Below, piece by piece: positions 9,466-17,178 of a stretch of DNA of 64,000 bases. Position numbers and translations under genes: made by a program. The notes under the pieces were generated by a model. That model ran no database searches, had not been told where the DNA came from, and worked only from the letters and a program-made list of their open reading frames with translations. The stretch lies in assembly GCF_965641715.1 (NCBI RefSeq), contig NZ_OZ282455.1. The stretch is one strand, 5' to 3'. How positions within the stretch are numbered: the first letter of the stretch is position 1; the number at the start of each line of letters is the position of its first letter. The DNA comes from Escherichia coli (lineage in GTDB: Bacteria; Pseudomonadota; Gammaproteobacteria; Enterobacterales; Enterobacteriaceae).

Positions 9466-10181
9466 GCGCACGTTCACGGGCACTGATCCCCCTCAGCGCA
9501 GAGCAACAGGCCGCCATGCAGGCTGTGGCTGTCACCGAACAACGTCGTCGTCAGGGACGCACACTTTCAGCATGGCCTTATGCCAGCGCTTTCTTTCGCT
9601 GCCTGAATGGCAGTCGCCGGATTTCGCTGACCGATCTCCGCTTTTTTGCTCCTGCGCTGACGAAGGAGGAATTTCATGGCAACCGTCTCCTGTGGCTGGC
9701 TGCCGTGGATAAACTGATTGAAAGTTTTGGTGAAGTCTGTGTTCTTCCCCTGCCATCCGATGCGGGGCATCGTCTGTTCCCGTCCGTTCCTTTTCGTGAA
9801 GGTGAGCGGCGTCGTCAGAAAACCACGCTGACAGAGCAGAAATACAGCCGCCAGCGGGAACGTGAGGCAGAACGACGGGAACTGGAATACCAGACATGTT
9901 TTGCTCAGGCGCAGATTGACCTTGCGTTTCATACTCCCGCCACGGTCGGAAGCTGGTTGTCCCGCTGGTCTGGTGTTGTTGAGGAGCATGATCTGGAAAC
10001 GATTTTCTGGGGGTGGTGCGGGCGTTTTCCATCACTGTCATCATTTGACCGGTTTTTCTGGCAGGAGGAACCACTCTGGCGGCTGATTTTTGAAGCCGGT
10101 GAGGCCGGTCGTGGTGCACCGGTACAGGTACGTGCACTTGAGCAGTGGATGATCCCGAACAAGCTGGAGAACGCAATATGA
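9462..10181 (+). CDS. psiA: plasmid SOS inhibition protein PsiA
   Basis: 239 aa, start overlaps psiB stop; matches PsiA as I recall it. Confidence 0.9.
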   Translation: MSARSRALIPLSAEQQAAMQAVAVTEQRRRQGRTLSAWPYASAFFRCLNGSRRISLTDLRFFAPALTKEEFHGNRLLWLAAVDKLIESFGEVCVLPLPSDAGHRLFPSVPFREGERRRQKTTLTEQKYSRQREREAERRELEYQTCFAQAQIDLAFHTPATVGSWLSRWSGVVEEHDLETIFWGWCGRFPSLSSFDRFFWQEEPLWRLIFEAGEAGRGAPVQVRALEQWMIPNKLENAI

Positions 10182-10774
10182 TGAAATCAGACGAACAATA
10201 TCACGTTCCCGTGTGGATGCGACCTCTGTTGCCGTTGCTCTGCAATACCGGTGGTAATGATCCGGAGGAACTGCTGAATGATACAGAAACCACCGCCAGT
10301 GCGAATATTGTCCGTTATGTACTGATAGTTGCAGTGCGGTCGCAGATTGATCTGCTGCAGCTACTGTACAGGAAAGGACTGTTGCGCACAGAGATACCAG
10401 GTGGCTTTTCACCGGAAGAAGCGCAGGAACTCCTGGATAATCTGGTGCGCAGCCATATCAGCAAGGCGCTGTCGGGTGAGCGAATGGCAGCCCGTGACAG
10501 AAATGCCGATCTGACCTGGATTCGCCAGCAACTGGTCGATGCCGCCTGGTTTGTCCGTGCCACACTGGAAGCGCATGGGATGGGCGTCGGAAATGAGAGT
10601 CCCTCTGCTCCGCCGGAGACAATGCCGGACATACAGACACGGGAACTGGTTATGTTGATCAAGCGACTGGCATCATCGCTGAAAGCGGTGAAACCCGACA
10701 GTAGCGTGGTGCGTGAAGCGCAGGACTGGCTGTGCGACAGAAAACTTGTGGATATCACAGATATTCTCCGGTGA
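10178..10774 (+). CDS. hypothetical protein (198 aa)
   Basis: Track ORF 10145..10774; ATG at 10178 overlaps psiA stop. Confidence 0.55.
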   Translation: MMKSDEQYHVPVWMRPLLPLLCNTGGNDPEELLNDTETTASANIVRYVLIVAVRSQIDLLQLLYRKGLLRTEIPGGFSPEEAQELLDNLVRSHISKALSGERMAARDRNADLTWIRQQLVDAAWFVRATLEAHGMGVGNESPSAPPETMPDIQTRELVMLIKRLASSLKAVKPDSSVVREAQDWLCDRKLVDITDILR

Positions 10775-10877
10775 ACCAGACATGTATATTTTACGCAGGG
10801 ACACGCCGATCATGATCGTTTCATATCAGGGGTGGTCTGGAGGTCATGCGGCGTGTCCTCTGCACTCGCCGGAATAA

Positions 10878-11218
10878 GGAAGTCGCCGGCGGCTCCGCTT
10901 TTACCCGGCCATGCGGGGCATGGCCTTGTGGGTTTTCAGCTCTGTGGCCTCAGCGTCGTGTGCGGGCTGTGCCGTGCCTCCATCTTAGCCGGGCTGGCAG
11001 GGATGCAAGGGTACGCTTCGCCGCTGCGGTCACCCGGTCCCTCCTTCCCGTCTGCCGTGATTTTCCGGTCGTTCACCCGCTCAGATTTCGCGGTCTCACC
11101 CTCCAACTCCCGCCAGCCGTGTGCGTCAGGCTGCGGCTTCCCTTGCGCCCTGTGCATCCCCGCCTTATCGCCCGGCTTTTATGGAGGCACGGCACCGCCC
11201 GGTGCCGCAGAACATGTG
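10878..11218. repeat. dispersed leading-region repeat, family A copy 2 (candidate ssDNA promoter / ssi element)
   Basis: Near-identical to 3933..4270; ends about 18 nt before ardA start. Confidence 0.7.
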
Positions 11219-11236
11219 ACTATGGAGGATTCGGGA

Positions 11237-11737
11237 ATGTCTGTTGTTGCACCTGCTGTATACGTTGGAACCTGGCACAAATACAACTGTGGAAGTATCG
11301 CCGGACGCTGGTTTGACCTGACCACGTTTGATGATGAGCGCGACTTTTTCGCCGCCTGCCGTGCTCTTCACCAGGATGAAGCCGATCCTGAACTGATGTT
11401 TCAGGATTATGAGGGATTCCCGGGGAATATGGCCTCTGAATGCCATATCAACTGGGCCTGGGTTGAAGGCTTCCGCCGGGCACGGGATGAAGGCTGCGAA
11501 GAGGCTTATCGTCTCTGGGTGGATGATACCGGTGAGACGGATTTTGACACCTTCCGCGATGCCTGGTGGGGCGAGGCTGACAGTGAGTAGGCTTTTGCGG
11601 TTGAGTTCGTCAGTGATACCGGCCTGCTGGCTGACGTGCCGGAGACGGTGGCGCTCTATTTTGACTATGAGGCGTATGCGCGGGATTTATTCCTGGACTC
11701 CTTCACCTTTATTGACGGTCATGTGTTCCGTCGGTGA
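11237..11737 (+). pseudogene. ardA: ArdA antirestriction gene interrupted by in-frame TAG at codon 118
   Basis: [20 protein letters not shown]... matches ArdA; reading frame stops at TAG 11588..11590 (…GEADSE*) and resumes in frame with the ArdA C-terminus (AFAVEFVSDTGLLADVPETVALYFDYEAYARD…RR*) to TGA 11735..11737. Confidence 0.85.
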
Positions 11738-11781
11738 TTTACTCCCCCGCTCCGGCGGGGGTATGGCCTGCCAGGCCGCCG

Positions 11782-12445
11782 GAAAACCCTGGCAGGCTTA
11801 CGCCTGCCTGAAATGCAGGAGGGCCGCGCCTGCGGCGCTGCCCTTCCTGCCCGTCATGGTGTGAGGCATTTTTCTGTTATGTCGTTTCTGTTGTTCTGAT
11901 TTCCGGAGGCGGGGACACCTTCGGCTCCCGGCTGCCTGGCGGCATCCGGTCGTCAGGCCCGACTCCGACAGGCAGCTGCTGGCGCACCCGCCAGTCTCCG
12001 CCGAACCCGCTGGCGCGGTTTCGGGCTGCCGCTACGGTCCGATGTCTGAAAAACCAGGCTTGCAGCGACCGTTCCGGTCGCGCCGCCCCTGTCGCGCCGG
12101 AAACGGCGCTCCCTGCACACCTGACGGTGTGTAAGGCCACTGCGCCTGATGGCGCAGTCAACCCTTCCGCCGCCACCCCTGCGGCCTGTTTCCCGCTGTG
12201 GACTTTCCGGGGGCTGGAGTAACCACATCCCGTTTCAGCAGTCTAGGGGAAGATATACCGTCCACAAAATTTTTAGCCATAAACCCGGCAAAAAATTTTG
12301 CGTCCGCCCCCGGACAGCTGCCCCGTGACGTGGTGACGGACGCCCCATCGGAAAGGTCCACTGCGGGGAGAAACCCCGAAGAAGTGGACGGCAGAAGGGG
12401 CTTTCGCCCCTCCGGGGAGCAACCGGTCGGCCCGGCGACCTGATT
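11782..12445. repeat. dispersed leading-region repeat, family B copy 2
   Basis: Similar to 5412..6125 over about 660 nt; ends at SD of ORF 12466. Confidence 0.7.
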
Positions 12446-12465
12446 CAGCAGAAGGAGACGTTTTC

Positions 12466-12900
12466 ATGACAGTCAGCAGCACGATTTCCGTTTTTTGCCG
12501 CGACGGGGTGTTCCGTACCGTTTACTGCCACCTGCACGGGGAGCCGACCTGGAACGGTCGCATCCTGCATACCCACTATGCCACCGGTCAGCAGGCCGAA
12601 GCCCTGGTTGAACACGGTGATATCCGTTGCCTCGGTCCCCGTTGCGACAAACCCGCCGGGCATACGCTTCAGAACCCGGTGGACGGTGTGACGGCTTATT
12701 ACGGACGTGACAGTGGTTTCCGGATGGACAGTGAGGCGCGTGAGTACCGTTCTTTCAGGGAGGCTATTGCCACTGAAAGCACTGAAGAGGTGCGCTTCCA
12801 TTATGTGTTCATCGACGGCTACTGGAAGGTGATGTACCGCACGCCGGAAGGCTGGAAGATGAAAGCGCTCGCGCTGGCACTGCGTCGCTGTCCGAAATGA
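12466..12900 (+). CDS. hypothetical protein (144 aa)
   Basis: Track ORF with GAAGGAGA SD; immediately downstream of family B repeat; hairpin after stop. Confidence 0.6.
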   Translation: MTVSSTISVFCRDGVFRTVYCHLHGEPTWNGRILHTHYATGQQAEALVEHGDIRCLGPRCDKPAGHTLQNPVDGVTAYYGRDSGFRMDSEAREYRSFREAIATESTEEVRFHYVFIDGYWKVMYRTPEGWKMKALALALRRCPK

Positions 12901-12993
12901 AAAAAAGGCAGGGCGATAAACCCTGCCTCTCTCCGCCGGCGCTTCCCCGCCAGGAAGTCCGGCATCTCAATCACTATCTATGGAGATTATGCC

Positions 12994-13260
12994 ATGAGAC
13001 CATCAATTATCTTCGCAACCGCCGAGTATGTAAAGCGTCTGCGTGAAGAGTGCCTGCGGGAGAATAAACCCCTGCACCGCCATACCCGCTTCAGACGTCA
13101 GGAGCTGGCACAGGATGAGATTAACCCGGACGTCCTGGCGATGAGCGGCCATATCGCCAGACGCTGCAGTGAGCAGAAGCGGGTGCGTATCCCCGCTATG
13201 AAAGTCAGCGAATGGGGCCACCTGCTCCGCGCGCTTGAAATTGAGCGGGTCTGCCACTGA
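12994..13260 (+). CDS. hypothetical protein (88 aa)
   Basis: Track ORF with GGAG SD. Confidence 0.5.
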   Translation: MRPSIIFATAEYVKRLREECLRENKPLHRHTRFRRQELAQDEINPDVLAMSGHIARRCSEQKRVRIPAMKVSEWGHLLRALEIERVCH

Positions 13261-13324
13261 TTAACCCTTGCCGTCTGCCTGTGCAGGCGGCAGGATACGT
13301 TCAGACATCTCACCAGGAGGAACC

Positions 13325-14251
13325 GTGAGTAAGAAGAAAACCACCACGACGCCCACGCCGCATGATGCCGCGTTCCGGTCGTTCCTGGCGAATCCCGACG
13401 TCGCCAGAGATTTTCTGGAACTGCATCTTCCGGCGGAGTACCGGCAGTTGTGCGACCTGTCCACGCTGAAGCTGGAACCCGCCACCTTTGTTGAGCCGGA
13501 CCTGCATCAGTACGCCAGCGATATCCTCTGGAGTGTGAAAACCACCGGGGGTGAAGATGGCTATGTTTATACGCTCATCGAGCACCAGAGCACCGAAAAT
13601 CTGTACATGCCTTTCCGCATGTTACGTTACAGTGTGGCGGCGATGCAGAGACATCTGGAGCAGCACAAAACGTTGCCACTGGTCATTCCGGTGCTGTTCT
13701 ATCACGGTGAGCGCAGCCCGTACCCGTACAGCATGAACTGGCTGGACTGTTTTGAGAATCCGGCGCTTGCGGCTAAAATATACACAAAGCCGTTTCCGCT
13801 GGTTGATATCACTGTCGTTGATGACAATGAAATCATGAACCATCGCCGGATGGCCGCACTGACGCTGCTGATGAAGCATATCCGCCATCGTGACATGATG
13901 GAGCTGCTGGACAAACTCCCGCAGGTCATGGTGGAAATTTCAGACGAGCAGGTGCGTGTTCTGATTCATTACATCGTTAACGCAGGGGACTCTGTATCAC
14001 CGGAATTTATGCGGGCGCTGGCTGAGCGTCTGCCGCAGCATGAGGATAAACTGATGACTATCGCAGAACGTCTTGAGCAAAAAGGTCGCCAGGAAGGCAG
14101 GATGGAAGGACGCATGGAAGGACGCATGGAAGGAGCGCTTGAAAAAGCCCTGGCTATTGCGTGCCAGCTTCAGAAAATGGGGATGACGCCGGAGCAGATT
14201 AAGCAGGCTACCGGACTTTCCGATGACGAACTGAAGAAAATCACTCACTGA
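13325..14251 (+). CDS. Rpn-family recombination-promoting nuclease (YhgA-like, PD-(D/E)xK)
   Basis: Track ORF 13268..14251; GTG at 13325 after CAGGAGG; YhgA-like N-terminal region; C-terminal tandem GRMEGRMEGRMEG repeat (about 14096..14134). Confidence 0.75.
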   Translation: MSKKKTTTTPTPHDAAFRSFLANPDVARDFLELHLPAEYRQLCDLSTLKLEPATFVEPDLHQYASDILWSVKTTGGEDGYVYTLIEHQSTENLYMPFRMLRYSVAAMQRHLEQHKTLPLVIPVLFYHGERSPYPYSMNWLDCFENPALAAKIYTKPFPLVDITVVDDNEIMNHRRMAALTLLMKHIRHRDMMELLDKLPQVMVEISDEQVRVLIHYIVNAGDSVSPEFMRALAERLPQHEDKLMTIAERLEQKGRQEGRMEGRMEGRMEGALEKALAIACQLQKMGMTPEQIKQATGLSDDELKKITH

Positions 14252-14262
14252 GTAAACATCAC

Positions 14263-14288
14263 AGCCCGGCAAAATGCCGGGCTTTTTT
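14263..14288 (+). terminator. Rho-independent terminator
   Basis: AGCCCGGC-aaaat-GCCGGGC followed by TTTTTT after Rpn stop. Confidence 0.6.
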
Positions 14289-14312
14289 GTCAGCAGGAGC
14301 AGAGCAAACAGC

Positions 14313-14471
14313 ATGACGATTGCAGAACGTCTTATTCAAAAAGGCGCACTTGAAGTGGCGCGGGAAATAGCCTGCCGGCTGCGGGATATGGGCTGGACGC
14401 CGGAACGGATTCAGGAGGCAACCGGACTTTCCGGTGAAGAACTGAAAAAGCTGTTTCCTGATGAGCAGTAG
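14313..14471 (+). CDS. small protein homologous to the Rpn C-terminal tail (RpnS/YpaA-like)
   Basis: 52 aa (MTIAERLIQKGALEVAREIACRL…) aligns with the last about 60 aa of the upstream Rpn protein but lacks the GRMEG repeats. Confidence 0.5.
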   Translation: MTIAERLIQKGALEVAREIACRLRDMGWTPERIQEATGLSGEELKKLFPDEQ

Positions 14472-14501
14472 CCTGGCATTCAGCCAGGCTGTGAATCACG
14501 C

Positions 14502-14753
14502 TCACACATCCTCTGCCGTTTCCCCCAGTTCATTTTCCAGTCGCCTGATGATATCTGCCTTACGCATCCCCTGCATGTGAGGCAGCAGGTCACGGACTGA
14601 AAGTGCCTGGGTGGTCCTCCAGACGGTGACGTCCACCTGTTCCGCATTTTCCCAGGCGTGCCATGTTCTCTGCGTCACGCCAAATTCTCTGGCCGCTTTT
14701 TCGCGTGACCAGAGCATGCTTTTTCGCCAGATTCGCAGTTCCCAGCCGGTCAT
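14502..14753 (-). CDS. small HTH DNA-binding protein (XRE/Cro-like candidate regulator)
   Basis: 83 aa; HTH-like segment SREKAAREFGVTQRTWHAWEN; AAGGTG SD; divergent from leading genes. Confidence 0.6.
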   Translation of the reverse strand: MTGWELRIWRKSMLWSREKAAREFGVTQRTWHAWENAEQVDVTVWRTTQALSVRDLLPHMQGMRKADIIRRLENELGETAEDV

Positions 14754-14767
14754 AAAACACCTTTAAA

Positions 14768-14788
14768 AAAGTGAAAAAACTTCACTTT
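14768..14788. promoter_or_regulatory. operator-like palindrome AAAGTGAA-N5-TTCACTTT (site 1)
   Basis: Perfect 8-bp inverted repeat about 15 nt upstream of the HTH gene start. Confidence 0.5.
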
Positions 14789-14834
14789 ATTTTATCATCA
14801 TAATCACCAAATTAACGCGATAAATAAGTGTGAA

Positions 14835-14855
14835 AAAGTGAAGAAATTTCACTTT
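14835..14855. promoter_or_regulatory. operator-like palindrome AAAGTGAA-N5-TTCACTTT (site 2)
   Basis: Second identical palindrome 67 bp from site 1 in an AT-rich divergent promoter region. Confidence 0.5.
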
Positions 14856-14960
14856 TTTTGCTTGTAAATGTCGTGCGGTTTTCTCTGTTTTCACCTGTGC
14901 GGGAGTGGTGTGCCAGTGACCACCACATGCCATTGTTGTGCCGTCGTTTTTCTTCAGTCG

Positions 14961-15315
14961 CGCCGTATGCGGCGCTCCCTGCACACCTTACGGTGTGTAA
15001 GGCCACTGCGCCTGATGGCGCAGCTGTCTCTGCCTGTCTGCCGCCGCACTGCGGCCTGTTCTCCGCAGACGGACTTTCCGGGGGTACATACATGACCACA
15101 TCCCGTTTCAGTCGTCCAGGGGAGAGATGTACCAGCCACAAAACTTTTTGCCGCAGGCGTCAAAAACTTTTGCGTCTGCCCCCGGACAACTGCCCCGTGA
15201 CGTGGTGAGCGTCCCCCGTCGGAAAGGTCCACTGCGGGGAAATCCCCGAAGACCCGGACGGCAGAAGGAGCTTCGCTCCTCCGGGAAATGACCTGGCTGA
15301 CCCGGCAGTCGTGAC
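14961..15315. repeat. dispersed leading-region repeat, family B copy 3 (3' unit only)
   Basis: Matches only the 3' about 355 nt of copies 1 and 2; ends at SD of ORF 15330. Confidence 0.65.
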
Positions 15316-15329
15316 GATGAGGAGACAAT

Positions 15330-16181
15330 GTGATGAATCAGACTTTACCCACTGCTGACCTGAATACTGCCGGCACGACAGATGTTATTCCGTCTGTGGC
15401 TATCGACCGCATCATCGCGCAGCGTAACGAAGGTATTGCACTGTTCATGCAGGCGATGGAATGCCTGGCGACAGCGCGCAAGATTCTGCTCGATGCGTCA
15501 GGTGATATTTTTCTTTACGGGTTTGAAGACTGCGTGACTGATTCCGTTCGTCGCATAGATAAACCGGAAGAAGCGAAAAGGAATATCACCCGTCTTGCCG
15601 ACCGGAAAATCTGGGATCGCCTGATGACAGATACGGGCATGTACACCTTCATGAGTTCATGCCAGCGTGATGAGTGGAACAGCCAGCTGATGAGCGACAC
15701 CTGTCCTGAAATCACCCTGGACAATGTACTGGCAACATTCCGCCATCTGAATGCCTGCAAGATGCAGACATTTGAACAGGGACTGATTGATGTCTACCGG
15801 AAATTGTCATGGGATTACAGAACCAATAATCCCTGCCGTCTGGGTAAGAAAATCATTATTGAAAACCTGCTGTACCGCTGGAGTAACGGGCGTGTGACGC
15901 TGGACTGCAGCGGACGGGAGGCACTGGATGACCTGGTACGTCCGTTTTATCTGCTGGAGGGGCGCAACGTTCCTGACTTCAGGAACAGTATCGGGGCGCA
16001 GTATGGTGAATTTCTCGGGAACGGCGACAATGTCGGTAAGCTGTTAGAAGGGGAATATTTTACGGTGCGTGGCTACCAGAAAGGGACCGTACACATTGTC
16101 TTTAAGCGTTCTGACCTTGTTGAAAAACTGAATGATATTATTGCACGGCATTATCCAGGTGCATTGCCGCCACGAGTCTGA
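15330..16181 (+). CDS. hypothetical protein (283 aa), oriT-proximal leading gene
   Basis: Track ORF with GAGGAGA SD; hairpin plus T-run after stop. Confidence 0.6.
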   Translation: MMNQTLPTADLNTAGTTDVIPSVAIDRIIAQRNEGIALFMQAMECLATARKILLDASGDIFLYGFEDCVTDSVRRIDKPEEAKRNITRLADRKIWDRLMTDTGMYTFMSSCQRDEWNSQLMSDTCPEITLDNVLATFRHLNACKMQTFEQGLIDVYRKLSWDYRTNNPCRLGKKIIIENLLYRWSNGRVTLDCSGREALDDLVRPFYLLEGRNVPDFRNSIGAQYGEFLGNGDNVGKLLEGEYFTVRGYQKGTVHIVFKRSDLVEKLNDIIARHYPGALPPRV

Positions 16182-16266
16182 TTAAACAGAAAAGCCCTGG
16201 TATTTATGCCGGGGCTTTTTTTTCTGTAATCATCATAATCTCAGAACACGATGTGACATTGTCACA

Positions 16267-16602
16267 TCAATTGTTGTTCATATCGATGCCATCTTTCCTG
16301 CCTGAATCTGTCTTTTTAGGTGCTGTTTTAGAGGAAGAACGGCGGGATGGTTTTTTCGATTCTGCTTCCCGAATAATGTCACGAAGTGCCTTCTCTCCTA
16401 CTTCATACCCTGCATTTTTGAGCGTGTCACGAACATCTGCCAGTGTATAACCCTTTGTCCTTACCAGGACAATAATGTCATCACGAATGGCATCAAGAAA
16501 ATCACGCAATGTTTTCCGTTGAGCGGTGAGATCTGGCAATTCCGATAAAGCAGCTTTTGCCAGCTGGATGTCATCATCTGAGTAAAATTTTTTAGAAGCC
16601 AT
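16267..16602 (-). CDS. hypothetical small protein with basic C-terminal tail (111 aa)
   Basis: Track ORF 16267..16608 (GTG); ATG at 16602 with GGAGAG SD; tail SKKPSRRSSSKTAPKKTDSGRKDG suggests nucleic-acid binding. Confidence 0.5.
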   Translation of the reverse strand: MASKKFYSDDDIQLAKAALSELPDLTAQRKTLRDFLDAIRDDIIVLVRTKGYTLADVRDTLKNAGYEVGEKALRDIIREAESKKPSRRSSSKTAPKKTDSGRKDGIDMNNN

Positions 16603-16660
16603 TGGCACTTTCTCTCCGTTTCATGTTGAAGTCTGATTTTATCATCAAAAACTGACTCCT

Positions 16661-16791
16661 GGCAGGGCTGCGCCCTGCCTCTGCCGTCTGCATAAGACTA
16701 TGATGCACAAAAATAACAGGCTATAATGGCCTGAAAAACGGGACAGGATGTGCAATTGTAATACCGTCACACGCGACGCTATTACAATTGC
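16661..16791 (-). other. oriT: oriT (origin of transfer) with predicted nic site on the - strand
   Basis: 12-bp inverted repeat GCAATTGTAATA / TATTACAATTGC (16752..16763, 16780..16791); on the - strand the repeat is followed by ACATCCTG then TCCC, matching the IncP-type nick consensus ATCCTG|Y, which places the nick between + coordinates 16744/16743, 8 nt from the repeat; second palindrome GGCAGGGCTGCGCCCTGCC at 16661..16679; directly upstream of nikA. Confidence 0.7.
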
Positions 16792-16835
16792 CATCTGGTC
16801 AGGGCTTCGCCCCGACACCCCGTAAGGAGCCTGAA

Positions 16836-17168
16836 GTGAGTGATAGTGCGGTAAGAAAGAAAAGTGAGGTACGGCAAAAGACAGTTGTCAGGACACTCAG
16901 ATTCTCTCCTGTTGAGGATGAAACCATCAGGAAAAAAGCTGAAGATTCCGGACTTACTGTATCTGCTTACATCCGAAATGCAGCACTGAATAAGCGAATT
17001 AACTCCCGTACAGATGATGCTTTTCTGAAGGAGTTAATGAGACTGGGAAGGATGCAGAAGCATCTGTTTGTTCAGGGAAAAAGAACCGGTGACAAGGAAT
17101 ACGCAGAAGTGCTTGTTGCCATAACCGAACTTACAAATACATTGCGTAAACAGTTAATGGAAGGTTGA
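16836..17168 (+). CDS. nikA: relaxosome accessory protein NikA
   Basis: Track ORF 16788..17168; GTG at 16836 after AAGGAG gives 110 aa; adjacent to oriT and nikB. Confidence 0.85.
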   Translation: MSDSAVRKKSEVRQKTVVRTLRFSPVEDETIRKKAEDSGLTVSAYIRNAALNKRINSRTDDAFLKELMRLGRMQKHLFVQGKRTGDKEYAEVLVAITELTNTLRKQLMEG

Positions 17169-17178
17169 GGATTCTCCG

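Noticed and set aside
14096-14134. Short tandem DNA repeat (ATGGAAGGACGC x3) as a CRISPR-like or VNTR element
   Set aside because: It lies inside the Rpn coding sequence and encodes GRMEG repeats; no spacer-repeat architecture or cas genes in the window
13325-14251. Rpn protein as a transposase or IS element (older 'transposase_31' label)
   Set aside because: No terminal inverted repeats or target-site duplication around it; the family is now regarded as nucleases rather than transposases
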